From positions 384,001-448,000 of the forward strand of contig CP181291.1 in assembly GCA_052279835.1 (NCBI GenBank): a DNA stretch of 64,000 nt. Direction: 5' to 3'. Position numbers and translations under genes: made by a program. This DNA comes from Microcoleus sp. Lineage in GTDB: Bacteria; Cyanobacteriota; Cyanobacteriia; Cyanobacteriales; Microcoleaceae. This document shows positions 30,467-41,507 of the stretch, piece after piece; positions within the stretch are counted from its first letter, which is position 1; the number at the start of each line of letters is the position of its first letter. The notes beneath the pieces are model-generated. The model searched no databases and was not told where the DNA came from. It was given only the letters and a program-made list of their open reading frames with translations.

Positions 30467-31888
30467 TTACTTTTTAACACCGAGTCTTTCAGGAAGACGG
30501 TCAAACCTTAGCAAATCCTCGTCAGTTTCCCGCTGTACGATCGTGTTAACTTCTCCATTTTTCACCAAAACCGCCGCCGGTCTGGGGACTCGGTTGTAAT
30601 TAGAAGCCATGCTGTAATTGTATGCTCCTGTAGCCGTGACCACAAGGATATCTCCCGGCTCACACTTTGGCAATTTAGCATCTTTAATCAGAATATCGCC
30701 TGATTCGCAGTGTTTGCCAGCAACTGTCACTGTTTCCGTTAAGGGAGCAGACATTTTGTTGGCTGCGAGCACTCGATAAACTGATTGGTAGGTAATTGGA
30801 CGTGGATTGTCCGACATACCGCCATCCACTGATAAATACGTCCGCACTCCCGGAATGACTTTTTCAGAACCCACGGTATAAGCTGTGACGCAGGCTGTAC
30901 CTACGAGCGATCGCCCTGGTTCGCAAAGCAATTTAGGTAATGGCAAGTGGTGTCGATCGCAAGCTGCTACCACTGCGGAGCAAATTGTCTGTGCCCAATC
31001 TTGAATGCTAGGAGGATCGTCCGTTTCAGTATAGCGAATGCCCAACCCGCCGCCAATATTAATTTCTGTCGCTGGCAAATCATAACTACGTGCTTTTGTC
31101 AAGCCCTCAATTATGACTTCGGCTAAATCATGATGAGGTTGCACTTCAAAAATCTGAGAGCCGATGTGAGCGTGTAGTCCCACGCACGATAACGACGGCT
31201 GCTCGCTGATAAATTTAAAAACTTCACCCAGAGAGTTGGGATCGAAGCCAAATTTACTGTCGATTTGACCAGTTTTAATGTAATCGTGAGTGTGACACTC
31301 AATTCCTGGGGTAAACCTAACCATAACTCGTGTCGGCTCACCTGCTTTGTGAGAGACACCCAATTTTCCCAACTCTGCTAGAGTCTTTAAATCCCACCAA
31401 TTGTCTGCGACGATGGTGCAGCCACTGGTGACAGCTAGTTCGATTTCCGTGCGGGATTTATTATTCCCGTGAAAGTAGATTTTGTCGGGATTCACACCAG
31501 CTTGTAGTGCTGTCTTAATTTCTCCAGAAGATACCACATCTATGCCTAAACCTTCCGAAGCCGCGATCGCGCAAACTGCCAAACAACTCCAAGCTTTAGA
31601 AGCATAGAGCACTTGAGAAGAACCCGCATAGAATTTTTCAAAAGCCTGTTTGTACTGGCGACTGGTCGCCCGCAGCGTTTCTTCATCTAAGATGTACAGT
31701 GGCGAGCCAAATTGCTCCACCAAAGCTGTCACCTCACAGCCTCCTATTTCTAAACGATCGCTACTGTTAACACTGGCTGTCAGTGGTAACAGTTCTTGAT
31801 TGGGCGATCGACTTTCCCTGGGTTCTTGAGACTTAGACAGATACTGAAGTCCAGATTCCACTTTTTCGATAGATTGAGTTAATACCAT
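30467..31888 (-). CDS. lysA: Diaminopimelate decarboxylase
   Basis: YASKA, HAHIGSQ, EPGRS, GKHCESGD, GAYNYSMASNYN; start set at ATG 31888. Confidence 0.96.
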   Translation of the reverse strand: MVLTQSIEKVESGLQYLSKSQEPRESRSPNQELLPLTASVNSSDRLEIGGCEVTALVEQFGSPLYILDEETLRATSRQYKQAFEKFYAGSSQVLYASKAWSCLAVCAIAASEGLGIDVVSSGEIKTALQAGVNPDKIYFHGNNKSRTEIELAVTSGCTIVADNWWDLKTLAELGKLGVSHKAGEPTRVMVRFTPGIECHTHDYIKTGQIDSKFGFDPNSLGEVFKFISEQPSLSCVGLHAHIGSQIFEVQPHHDLAEVIIEGLTKARSYDLPATEINIGGGLGIRYTETDDPPSIQDWAQTICSAVVAACDRHHLPLPKLLCEPGRSLVGTACVTAYTVGSEKVIPGVRTYLSVDGGMSDNPRPITYQSVYRVLAANKMSAPLTETVTVAGKHCESGDILIKDAKLPKCEPGDILVVTATGAYNYSMASNYNRVPRPAAVLVKNGEVNTIVQRETDEDLLRFDRLPERLGVKK

Positions 31889-31999
31889 CGCGCCATAACT
31901 ATCTTTACAGTCTTTCCCAGTGTACAATTGACCGCAAGCAATTGGGTCATCAGCGCCCAGATTAATGCTTTTGAGTAATTCTAAAATCTAAAATCCCCT

Positions 32000-32653
32000 G
32001 TGCGTTTTCTCGAAATTAAACCTCTGACCCCAGAACACCTGCCTAGTGCCGTAGAACTCGATCACCTCTGTTTTGGAGGAATTTGGGCGATCGAAGGCTA
32101 CAGGCGCGAGTTAGAGAGTCCTAATAGCGATTTATTAGGTTTATGGACGTGGGAGGGGGCGGGCACGGGGGCACCGCCCCTACAGGTTCGGGCGGGCACG
32201 GGGGCACCGCCCCTACAGATTCGGGCGGGCACGGGGGCACCGCCCCTACAGATTCCCCCAACTCTCATCGGTATCGGTTGTTTGTGGGCAATTTTAGAAG
32301 AAGCTCACATTATCATGCTGGCTATTCATCCTCAGTTTCAACGTCAGGGTTTAGGACAAGCTCTGCTTTTGGCGTTGCTAAAATCGGCTCATGACAGACA
32401 ATTAGAGCGATCGACTTTGGAAGTGCGGGAATCGAATTTTGCCGCTGTTTCTCTGTACAAAAAGTTTGGTTTTAAAGAAGCAGGACGGCGGAAACGATAC
32501 TACGAAGACACTGGAGAAGATGCTCTGGTAATGTGGCGCAGCGGTCTGGAAAAACCAGAATTTCAGCGATATTTGGCGGTTGAGAAAGTGCAGATGTGCG
32601 ATCGGTTGTATCAGAAAAAATGGCATTGGGCGATCGATAATTTTGAATTTTGA
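32000..32653 (+). CDS. rimI: Ribosomal protein S18 alanine N-acetyltransferase with in-frame repeat insertion
   Basis: EEAHI..LAIHP.FQRQGLG, TLEVRESN, GRRKRYY..TGEDA. Confidence 0.9.
   Translation: MRFLEIKPLTPEHLPSAVELDHLCFGGIWAIEGYRRELESPNSDLLGLWTWEGAGTGAPPLQVRAGTGAPPLQIRAGTGAPPLQIPPTLIGIGCLWAILEEAHIIMLAIHPQFQRQGLGQALLLALLKSAHDRQLERSTLEVRESNFAAVSLYKKFGFKEAGRRKRYYEDTGEDALVMWRSGLEKPEFQRYLAVEKVQMCDRLYQKKWHWAIDNFEF
32157..32255 (+). repeat. 3 x 33-bp tandem repeat GGGCGGGCACGGGGGCACCGCCCCTACAG(G/A)TTC inside rimI
   Basis: Directly visible. Confidence 0.95.
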
Positions 32654-32665
32654 CCATGAGGCTCC

Positions 32666-32730
32666 AGAAACCGGGTTTTTTACAAAAATACTTCATTGCC
32701 GCCCGTAAATTCGATAAAAACCCGGTTTCT
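32666..32730. repeat. AGAAACCGGGTTTTT-family inverted repeat
   Basis: 15-bp perfect IR arms. Confidence 0.8.
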
Positions 32731-33040
32731 TTTGACTGAGATTTTCACAATATTTCCTAATTTTTTTCTTATAAACCATAGTAAATTTACGGGTTTACAA
32801 TACCGAAATCCAGTAACTGACATAATTTTAGGTGGCGTGAATATTGAAGTGCAAAACCTGATTACTCAAACTTTTCTCTGGGCTGGAGGTGAATTGATTG
32901 CAAAGATTGAGGGTTTGTGGGCTTCGCAACTACAGTTCCCTGTAAGAATATTTTAGGATTGACCTCTCCCCAGTCTTGCAGAGGTAGCTGGGAGCAGTCA
33001 ATCTTTAGAGTTGAGCAATACTACCAATTTTCAGTCCGGC

Positions 33041-33143
33041 ACGCATTCCGACTAAAGAAACCGGGTTTTTCACTAAATTTGTCCGCTACAACTAAGTATT
33101 TTCGTGAAAAAACCCGGTTTCTGGACCTCATGCGATCGTCCTA
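33041..33143. mobile_element. AGAAACCGGGTTTTT-family miniature element
   Basis: Shares CCGACTAAAGAAACCGGGTTTTT with the 15531 copy. Confidence 0.75.
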
Positions 33144-33655
33144 ATTTTTTTTAAGTTCATACATCGATCGCGCACATCTAACCAATAACTTTTGTAAAAA
33201 AACTGCCCTACACTTCGGTAACTACCATTTTTTTACCTGCATGACAGCCCAAAAGATTGTGCTAGAATCCTCAATACATAGTCGTAAGTTAAACCCAGAC
33301 CGAGAAGAGCGATTAATTTATCACGTTTGGCTAAAGCGTGAAAGCTTGCCGAGGGATAACCGCTCCCATGCTCCCGATGAAGCAAGAAGCAAATGTATAG
33401 ACTTGTCTAGTATTTGTATAGCAGCAATCTTCTTGCAGTCTAGGGGGAGGTTGTAGGTCAGCCACCATTTGGGTCTTCCCAGTTGAAAGCCACCCTGCAA
33501 CAGCAGCCTAGAATCTGCAACCGCTTTTCCAGTGCGGCAGAGCAGTCGGGAATGTCACGCTAGAATAAGCAGTACGAGTTAACACTCGACTAAAAACGCC
33601 CGCTCAAGCGAGCGTGACCTCGAAACGGGCACATAGCAGGTGATGGGAATAAATC

Positions 33656-36133
33656 ATGTTTGAACGCTTCACAGAAAAAGCAATAAAAGTAATCATGCTG
33701 GCCCAGGAAGAAGCTCGTCGCCTGGGTCACAACTTCGTAGGGACAGAACAGATCCTCCTGGGTCTGATCGGAGAAGGCACCGGAGTTGCAGCCAAAGTCC
33801 TCAAATCAATGGGGGTTAACCTCAAAGATGCTCGGATTGAGGTCGAAAAAATCATCGGGCGCGGTTCGGGCTTCGTAGCAGTCGAAATTCCGTTCACCCC
33901 TCGCGCCAAGCGGGTTCTAGAACTGTCCCTCGAAGAAGCTCGTCAACTCGGACACAATTATATAGGTACCGAACACCTGCTGCTGGGTCTGATCCGCGAA
34001 GGTGAAGGAGTCGCCGCCAGAGTCTTAGAAAACCTGGGAGTAGACTTGTCGAAAGTCCGCACCCAAGTGATTCGGATGCTGGGAGAAACCGCAGAAGTCG
34101 CAGCCACAGGTGGCGGTGCTCGCACCAAAACCCCAACCCTCGATGAGTTCGGCTCTAACCTGACTCAAATGGCTGTGGATGGGAAGCTTGACCCCGTAGT
34201 CGGACGCCAAAAAGAAATTGAACGGGTAATTCAAATCCTCGGTCGCCGTACCAAAAATAATCCGGTACTCATCGGCGAACCTGGAGTTGGCAAAACCGCG
34301 ATCGCCGAAGGTCTGGCCCAACGCATCGCTAACAACGACATCCCAGACATCCTCGAAGAAAAGCGCGTCGTCACCCTGGACATCGGCTTACTCGTCGCCG
34401 GTACCAAATACCGGGGGGAATTTGAAGAACGCCTCAAAAAAATCATGGACGAAATCCGCACGGCGGGTAACGTGATTTTAGTCATTGACGAAGTGCACAC
34501 TTTGATAGGTGCTGGTGCGGCGGAAGGGGCGATCGACGCAGCCAACATCCTCAAGCCAGCTTTGGCTAGAGGCGAACTCCAGTGTATCGGCGCTACCACC
34601 CTAGATGAGTATCGGAAGCACATCGAGCGCGACGCAGCCCTCGAACGGCGCTTCCAGCCAGTCATGGTCGGCGAACCTACCGTAGATGAGACGATCGAGA
34701 TTCTCTTTGGTCTGCGGGAACGCTACGAACAGCACCACAAGCTGAAAATCTTGGACACGGCCCTAGAAGCCGCAGCCAAACTCTCTCACCGTTACATCTC
34801 CGATCGCTTCCTACCAGACAAAGCCATTGACCTCGTAGACGAAGCAGGTTCCAGAGTCCGCCTGATTAACTCCCAACTTCCCCCCGCAGCGAAAGAACTT
34901 GACAAAGAACTCCGCCAAGTCCTGAAGGATAAAGACGAAGCAGTGCGTTCTCAAGACTTTGACAAAGCAGGGGAATTGCGCGATCGCGAAATGACGATCA
35001 AAGCCGAAATCCGGGCTATTTCCCAAGCCAAAAAAACCGACTCGGCGGCCCGCGGCGACACCGACCCATCGCCAGTAGTTACCGAAGAAGACATCGCCCA
35101 AATCGTAGCAAGCTGGACAGGAGTTCCGGTCAACAAACTGACCGAATCCGAGTCGGAAAAGCTGCTACACATGGAAGATACCCTGCACCAGCGTTTGATC
35201 GGTCAAGAAGAAGCTGTCAAAGCGGTTTCTAAGGCCATTCGTCGCGCCCGTGTTGGCTTGAAAAACCCCAATCGCCCGATCGCCAGTTTCATCTTCTCCG
35301 GGCCCACAGGCGTTGGTAAAACCGAACTCACCAAAGCTCTAGCCGGCTACTTCTTCGGTTCCGAAGACGCAATGATTCGGTTGGATATGTCCGAGTACAT
35401 GGAACGTCACACCGTCTCCAAACTCATCGGTTCCCCTCCGGGTTATGTCGGTTACAACGAAGGCGGACAACTGACAGAAGCAGTCCGTCGCCGTCCTTAC
35501 ACCGTGGTGCTGTTCGACGAAATCGAAAAAGCCCACCCCGATGTCTTCAATATGCTCTTGCAAATATTGGAAGACGGTCGCTTAACTGATGCTAAAGGTC
35601 GCACCGTAGACTTCAAAAATACGCTGCTGATTATGACATCTAACATCGGTTCTAAGGTGATTGAAAAAGGTGGCGGTGGCCTCGGTTTCGAGTTCAGCGA
35701 CAACCAATCCGATGCTACTTACAACCGCATTCGCTCTTTGGTTAACGAAGAACTGAAAAACTATTTCCGCCCAGAATTCCTCAACCGACTAGACGAAATT
35801 ATCGTCTTCCGTCAGTTGAACCGAGAGGAAGTCAAGGAAATCGCGGTCATCATGCTGAAAGAAGTTTTCGGGCGTTTAACAGAACAGGGTATCACTCTGG
35901 AAGTTACCGAAAAGTTCAAGGAACGCTTGGTGGAAGAAGGCTACAATCCCAGTTACGGAGCAAGGCCTCTACGCCGCGCGATCATGCGCTTGTTGGAAGA
36001 CAGCTTGGCTGAAGAAATCCTTTCTGGCCGCATCAAAGACGGCGACATCGCTGTTGTGGATGTGGGTGAGGATGGAATTGTCAAGGTGTTGCAAGGCCAG
36101 AAGCGGGAATTGCTGCCCCAAGGTGCTGAGTAA
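33656..36133 (+). CDS. clpC: ATP-dependent Clp protease ATP-binding subunit
   Basis: [31 protein letters not shown]; two AAA+ modules. Confidence 0.98.
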   Translation: MFERFTEKAIKVIMLAQEEARRLGHNFVGTEQILLGLIGEGTGVAAKVLKSMGVNLKDARIEVEKIIGRGSGFVAVEIPFTPRAKRVLELSLEEARQLGHNYIGTEHLLLGLIREGEGVAARVLENLGVDLSKVRTQVIRMLGETAEVAATGGGARTKTPTLDEFGSNLTQMAVDGKLDPVVGRQKEIERVIQILGRRTKNNPVLIGEPGVGKTAIAEGLAQRIANNDIPDILEEKRVVTLDIGLLVAGTKYRGEFEERLKKIMDEIRTAGNVILVIDEVHTLIGAGAAEGAIDAANILKPALARGELQCIGATTLDEYRKHIERDAALERRFQPVMVGEPTVDETIEILFGLRERYEQHHKLKILDTALEAAAKLSHRYISDRFLPDKAIDLVDEAGSRVRLINSQLPPAAKELDKELRQVLKDKDEAVRSQDFDKAGELRDREMTIKAEIRAISQAKKTDSAARGDTDPSPVVTEEDIAQIVASWTGVPVNKLTESESEKLLHMEDTLHQRLIGQEEAVKAVSKAIRRARVGLKNPNRPIASFIFSGPTGVGKTELTKALAGYFFGSEDAMIRLDMSEYMERHTVSKLIGSPPGYVGYNEGGQLTEAVRRRPYTVVLFDEIEKAHPDVFNMLLQILEDGRLTDAKGRTVDFKNTLLIMTSNIGSKVIEKGGGGLGFEFSDNQSDATYNRIRSLVNEELKNYFRPEFLNRLDEIIVFRQLNREEVKEIAVIMLKEVFGRLTEQGITLEVTEKFKERLVEEGYNPSYGARPLRRAIMRLLEDSLAEEILSGRIKDGDIAVVDVGEDGIVKVLQGQKRELLPQGAE

Positions 36134-36196
36134 GTGCGATCGCAAGTACAGTTTTGAAGTAATTTGGCGATCGTAAATAACTCCAAATCAGTATCT

Positions 36197-36232
36197 AAAA
36201 AAGGTGGAGAATCTTAATTCTCTGCCTTTTTT
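36197..36232 (+). terminator. Intrinsic terminator after clpC
   Basis: AAAAAA GGTGGAGAAT CTTA ATTCTCTGCC TTTTTT. Confidence 0.75.
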
Positions 36233-36266
36233 AAATTGAGTGAATAACATATTAGAGGAAGATAAA

Positions 36267-36884
36267 ATGACATCTGAAAAAAATAACTTGAATACAAAAA
36301 CAATAGAAAATAAGCCTGATACTTCGACTGCGGTCAGCACAAGCTCCTGGTGGCAAAAAGCCTGGAATTCCCAACGAGAAAATCTTCAGATAGTGATGAT
36401 AGCTTTGGGTTTAGCAATCTTGATTCGAGCATTTATCGCCGAACCCCGGTTCATACCCTCAGACTCTATGTTACCAACTTTGCATATAGGCGATCGGGTC
36501 GTAGTCGAAAAAATATCCTACTATCTGGAACCTCCCAAAACTGGCGACATCGTAGTATTTTCCCCACCGGAGCAGTTGCAAGAACAAGGATTTACCGAAG
36601 ACCAAGCATTTATCAAGCGGATCATTGGCTTACCGGGTCAAACTATCACCGTTAAAAAAGGTCTAGTTTTCCTCAACGACAAAGCCCTGGTTGAAAAATA
36701 TATTGCCGAACCTCCCAAATACCAGTGGGGGCCTTATCGAGTTCCCGAAAATCAATACTTTGTCATGGGAGACAACCGCAACAACAGCAACGACTCCAGC
36801 CGCTGGGGATTTTTACCGAAGCAAAACATCATCGGCCGTGCTGTGGTCAGGTTTTGGCCACTAGAACGCATCGGGAAAGTTTGA
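36267..36884 (+). CDS. lepB: Signal peptidase I
   Basis: IPSDSMLPTL, FIKRIIGLPG, VMGDNRNNSNDS. Confidence 0.95.
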   Translation: MTSEKNNLNTKTIENKPDTSTAVSTSSWWQKAWNSQRENLQIVMIALGLAILIRAFIAEPRFIPSDSMLPTLHIGDRVVVEKISYYLEPPKTGDIVVFSPPEQLQEQGFTEDQAFIKRIIGLPGQTITVKKGLVFLNDKALVEKYIAEPPKYQWGPYRVPENQYFVMGDNRNNSNDSSRWGFLPKQNIIGRAVVRFWPLERIGKV

Positions 36885-36885
36885 G

Positions 36886-37098
36886 AGAAGGAAGAAGGAA
36901 GAAGGAAGAAGGAAGAAGGAAGAAGAACCCCCCCCCTGCCCCCCCCAAGGGGGGAAATTCAGGAAGAAGGAAGAAGGAAGAAGGAAGAAGGAAGAAGGAA
37001 GAAGGAAGAAGGAAGAAGGAAGAAGGAAGAAGGAAGAAGGAAGAAGGAAGAAGAACCCCCCCCCTGCCCCCCCCAAGGGGGGAAATTCAGGAAGAAGG
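36886..37098. repeat. (GAAGGAA)n arrays with two copies of CCCCCCCTGCCCCCCCAAGGGGGGAAATTCAG
   Basis: Directly visible. Confidence 0.9.
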
Positions 37099-37320
37099 AC
37101 ACACTTCGACTACGCTCAGTGTCCGATGCCTGATGCCCGATGTCCCATTCCCAATGCCCCATTCCCGATGTCCATGCCTTATCCTGTACGGACATTGCTA
37201 CTAATCTTTACGCTTTGAAGGGTAGGGGCAGCCTCCGCCAACTGATAACATAGTTGAATAAGCAGGGGGACTTACTGCCTAAATCAAAATTTGTTCGATA
37301 TTAAAAAATTAGGTAAAGCT

Positions 37321-37644
37321 ATGGGATTTTTTGATTCAGAAATTGTTCAGCAAGAAGCCAAACTGTTATTTGACGACTATCAATCCCTCGTCAAACTAGG
37401 CAGCAGTTATGGTAAGTTCGATCGCGAAGGCAAGAAAATGTTCATCGCTCAGATGGAAGCAATGATGGATCGTTATCGTATTTTTATGAAGCGTTTCGAG
37501 CTATCTGAGGACTTCATGGCTCAGATGACCGTTGAACAGTTAAAAACCCAACTGAATCAATTTGGGATCACGCCCCAGCAGATGTTTGAGCAAATGAACT
37601 CAACCCTGGAGCGCATGAAATCTGAACTGGAAAAGCAATCTTAA
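37321..37644 (+). CDS. DUF1825 family protein
   Basis: MGFFDSEIVQQEAK...YGKFDREGKK...KRFELSED. Confidence 0.85.
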   Translation: MGFFDSEIVQQEAKLLFDDYQSLVKLGSSYGKFDREGKKMFIAQMEAMMDRYRIFMKRFELSEDFMAQMTVEQLKTQLNQFGITPQQMFEQMNSTLERMKSELEKQS

Positions 37645-37648
37645 TTTC

Positions 37649-37800
37649 AGAAGGAAGAAGGAAGAAGGAAGAAGGAAGAGGGAAGAATTACGAATTACGA
37701 ATTATTCACTCGTAATTAGGAATTCGTAATTCGTAATTCCCTACTCGTAGCCCAATTCCCAATGCCCAATGCCCAATACCCGATTCCCAAGACCCAATTC
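37649..37800. repeat. Mixed heptamer arrays (GAAGGAA, AATTACG/AATTCGT, CCCAATG)
   Basis: Directly visible between convergent genes. Confidence 0.8.
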
Positions 37801-37807
37801 GCAAGAA

Positions 37808-39727
37808 TTAAGGACGTTCAAAAGCTGAAGCAGGTTTGAAATCTTCTTCTGGAACTCCCTGCAAAGCTTGGCTCATAAAATCTCGCCAAATAGGCGCGAC
37901 AATCGTACCGCCAGTAGCACCGTAGCTCATCGATGTGTAATCGTCGTTGCCAACCCAAACAGCCACGGACAATTGGGGGACGTAACCGACAAACCAGATA
38001 TCCCGTTCTGAGGAAGTAGTACCGGTTTTTCCAGCAGCCGGCCGCCCAAGTTGGGCTGCCTTGGCAGTACCATTGTTAATTACGCCTTGCAAGGCGCTGT
38101 TGACTGAAGCCGCAGCCCAGGAATTGAGTACCAATTTGGGTTTGGGCGTGTTGTCGAGCAAGACATTGCCACTGCTGTCAGTGACTTGCACGATAAACGT
38201 GGTGTCAGAATGCCAGCCATTGTTGGCAAAGGTAGCAAAAGCTCCAGCCATCTCCAAAGGAGTGAGGTCAACCGCACCCAAGGGTAAGGAAACCACCGGT
38301 TCCATCGGACTTCTGATGCCCAGTACCCGGCAAATTTCAATCACTTTGTTTAATCCAACTTCTTGTCCAAGCTTGACAGCGGGAATATTTAGTGATACTT
38401 CCAAGGCTCTACGGATGCTGACGGCACCGGAGAATCCACCACCGTAGTTTTGAGGGTAGTAGTAGCCGTCGCCGTCACGATAGCCCACAGGAGAGTCGTA
38501 GACTATAGAATCAGGACCGTATTTACCACTAGCAAAAGCAGCGTAGTAGACAAAAGGTTTAAAAGAAGACCCTGGCTGTCTCCGGGCTTGAATGGCACGG
38601 TTGAATTGACTTTTTTCGTAATCGATGCCCCCAACCATTGCTTTGACGAAGTGGGTGCGGGGATCGACGGCTGCTAGGGCAATTTGACCTTGGTCGCGAT
38701 CGTAAAAAATTCCTTGATTGTATAGCCGATCGTGCCATGCTTTGACTGTTTCTTCAGCCGTCCGCTGCATTTTGAGGTCGATGGTAGTTTGAACGCGCAT
38801 TCCTCCCTTAACTACAGCATCTCGCCCAAAACGCCTAGTCAACTCCTGGACTACAGCTTGTGTCACGTAAGGAACTTGAGAGCCACCAAAAGAGGTAATT
38901 TTACCAAGCTTAATCTTTTGTTTGCGAGCTGCTGCTTCTTCCGCCGGGGTAATCCATTTCAACTCCTTCATCCGGGTTAAAACGATTTCCTGTCGCTCTT
39001 TTGACAACTTGTAATTGACGAAAGGACTGTATTCTTCCGGGGCCGAAATTAACCCGGCTAACATGGCGGCTTCGGCCAAAGTCAAACTATCTGCTGACTT
39101 GTTGAAATAGCTGCGAGATGCCGTCTCTACGCCGTACAAGTTGTGACCGAGATAAATTTGATTCAGGTAAAGTTGCAGAATCTGGTCTTTATTGAGGATT
39201 TGCTCCAAGCGGATAGACATTACCGCTTCAGCTACTTTGCGACTGAGTTTTGATTGGGGAGATAGAAACAGGTTCTTGACTAATTGCATTGTCATAGTCG
39301 AGCCTCCTTCAACAGTTCTACCTTTTTCGAGGTTAGCCATGAAGGCTCTGGCTATCCCGCCTGGGTTGATGCCTTTGTGGGTGAAAAAGTTGCTATCTTC
39401 GATGGCTAAAGCAGCACGTTTCAGGTTCGGGGAGATTTTGTCCAGGGGTACGACATCTCGGTTGGCTTCGTCGTGGATGCTGGCGAGGGGCCGGCCGTTG
39501 ATGTCGTAAATGTGGGTAGTTTCCGTCGGAGAGTAGGTTTGCAAGATGCGAACATCCGGCAAATTGCGGAAGCTGATCGCTAAGCCAACCAGTCCGCCAG
39601 CTACTACGGAACTGGCAAGCATTGTAATGCTGAGTATAGTTCCAGCGGTCACTTTACTGACGGACTGAACGAACTCGAATACGGGGGCTGAGTTTTCCGT
39701 ATTTTTACGGACTGCGTTGGTTGACAC
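37808..39727 (-). CDS. Class A penicillin-binding protein (PBP1A family)
   Basis: AIEDSNF, GGSTMTMQLVKN, RQPGSSFKP, SLN, KTGT. Confidence 0.95.
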   Translation of the reverse strand: MSTNAVRKNTENSAPVFEFVQSVSKVTAGTILSITMLASSVVAGGLVGLAISFRNLPDVRILQTYSPTETTHIYDINGRPLASIHDEANRDVVPLDKISPNLKRAALAIEDSNFFTHKGINPGGIARAFMANLEKGRTVEGGSTMTMQLVKNLFLSPQSKLSRKVAEAVMSIRLEQILNKDQILQLYLNQIYLGHNLYGVETASRSYFNKSADSLTLAEAAMLAGLISAPEEYSPFVNYKLSKERQEIVLTRMKELKWITPAEEAAARKQKIKLGKITSFGGSQVPYVTQAVVQELTRRFGRDAVVKGGMRVQTTIDLKMQRTAEETVKAWHDRLYNQGIFYDRDQGQIALAAVDPRTHFVKAMVGGIDYEKSQFNRAIQARRQPGSSFKPFVYYAAFASGKYGPDSIVYDSPVGYRDGDGYYYPQNYGGGFSGAVSIRRALEVSLNIPAVKLGQEVGLNKVIEICRVLGIRSPMEPVVSLPLGAVDLTPLEMAGAFATFANNGWHSDTTFIVQVTDSSGNVLLDNTPKPKLVLNSWAAASVNSALQGVINNGTAKAAQLGRPAAGKTGTTSSERDIWFVGYVPQLSVAVWVGNDDYTSMSYGATGGTIVAPIWRDFMSQALQGVPEEDFKPASAFERP

Positions 39728-39927
39728 GTGGATTTCACTTCCTGAGTCGATGGGGGGTTGGAGACTTTGAATTTACAATGGAGGATGGAACAATTGCCAT
39801 CAAAAATTTTGGTAGGTAAGCTTTGGGATTATGCTAGCTTGATGGTTGTGTTTTTATATGTCAATCAGTGAGTTTAACTAATTCCGCTGCACTTTGGCAA
39901 AATATTATGGTTTTCGATCGCTCCCCT

Positions 39928-41140
39928 ATGATTTCTCCTAACTTTTCTGGAATTTACCGCGGTGTCAGTGAGATTTTTCCCGATCGACCCGATTCTAACA
40001 ACCCTGACGAAAATTTGGTCGAATTGCTGACCAAAGCCGATCGACCGTTGCGAGTCAAACTGGGAATCGACGCCACAGGGGCGGACATTCACTTGGGGAC
40101 ACAGCATTTGCTTCCGCAAGCTGCGAGCTTTTCAGGATGCAGGCCACACGGCGGTACTGGTCATCGGAGATTTTACCGCAAGAATTGGCGATCCGACAGG
40201 GAAATCGGAGACGCGCGCTCAGTTGACGGCCGAACAAGTGGCCGAAAATGCCAAGACTTATTTAGACCAAGTGCGTCCGATTCTAGATTTTGACACGCCC
40301 GGACGTTTGGAAATTCGCTACAACTCGGAGTGGTTGTCAAAATTGGACATGGCGAAGATTTTGGAACTGCTAGGCACGATGACGGTGCAGCAAATGCTGG
40401 CTAAGGAAGGGTTTGACAATCGCATGGAACAGGAAAATGCGATTTTTTTGCACGAGTTTCTGTATCCGCTGATGCAGGGTTACGATTCCGTGGCCTTAGA
40501 AGCTGATGTGGAGTTGGGGGGAACTGACCAAAAGTTTAATATAGCTGTCGGGCGAGATTTGCAACGACATTTTGGGATGAAACCGCAGTTTGGTTTGCTG
40601 ATGCCGATTTTGATCGGGACTGATGGAGTGCAGAAGATGTCGAAGTCTTTGCATAATTATGTCGGTTTGTCTGAGGACCCGCTGACAATGTATTCTAAGT
40701 TGGAGAAAATTGCTGATAGTTCGATCGCCCAATATTTTGAACTATTGACAGATTTGCCTTTGGATGCGTTGCCGGAAAATCCGCGCGAAAAACAAAAGCT
40801 TTTGGCTGTGAATGTTGTCAGCCAGTATTATGGTTCGGAAGCAGGCGATCGGGCGCAACTCGATGCAATGGCGCTGGTGAAAGGTGCTGCGGGCGAAGCT
40901 GATGCAGTGCCGGAGTTTTCTTTGGCAACTGTACAGTTTCCTGCTAAGTTGTTTTATATTCTGAGTGCTAGTGGACTTTGCAAAAGTAGTGGCGATGGCC
41001 GGAAGTTGATGCAGGGTGGTGGGGTGAAGTTGGAGGGTGATAAAGTTTCTGATGTTAACCTGACTTTTGCATCTCCTGCTGAATTATGCGGTAAGGTTTT
41101 GCAGGTTGGGAAAAATAAGTTTGTGCGATTGGTGTCTTGA
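39928..41140 (+). CDS. tyrS: Tyrosine--tRNA ligase, split by a +1 frameshift at 40095-40098
   Basis: [14 protein letters not shown](H) in frame 1; [16 protein letters not shown]...GGTDQ...QKMSKS in frame 2; start uncertain. Confidence 0.9.
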
Positions 41141-41399
41141 GTTGGGATTTGTTAACCGCCATTGGTGTCAACTTAAGCCTAGAACCCTTGATAAATCTCG
41201 CCTTTATCCGAGGCCAGATCCCCCTAAATCCCCCTTAAAAAGGGGGACGAAAGAGAATACTCTTTAGTTGATTGAGTTGGGATTTGTTAACCGCCATTGG
41301 TGTCAACTTAAGTCTATAACCCTTGATAAATCTCGCTTTGCTCCGAGGCCAGATCCCCCTAAATCCGCCTTAAAAAGGGGGACGAAAGAGAATACTCTT
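41137..41399 (+). repeat. Tandem direct duplication with 135-bp period
   Basis: 41137-41264 vs 41272-41399, few mismatches. Confidence 0.9.
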
Positions 41400-41488
41400 G
41401 TCCCCCCCTTCTTAAGGGGGGTTAGGGGGGATCTAGACCCGAACCCCAAACAGCAGTCTGTGACTACGTTTGACGTTTTGACACCAAT
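41296..41488. mobile_element. MITE with ATTGGTGTCAA/TTGACACCAAT termini containing G/C-rich SDR-type hairpins
   Basis: 11-bp TIRs; internal CCCCCCTTCTTAAGGGGGG. Confidence 0.75.
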
Positions 41489-41507
41489 CTACTATGAAGT
41501 TCTTACT

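Noticed and set aside
36886..37098. Repeat-spacer-repeat pattern and ORFs 36725..37204, 36861..37076, 36959..37195
   Set aside because: Low-complexity GAAGGAA arrays; the ORFs are translations of repeats.
41268..41507. Long N-terminal extension of pyrF (similarly at 46569-46688, 58443-58613 and 21389-21442)
   Set aside because: The extensions translate MITE or repeat DNA; downstream ATGs match the family starts.
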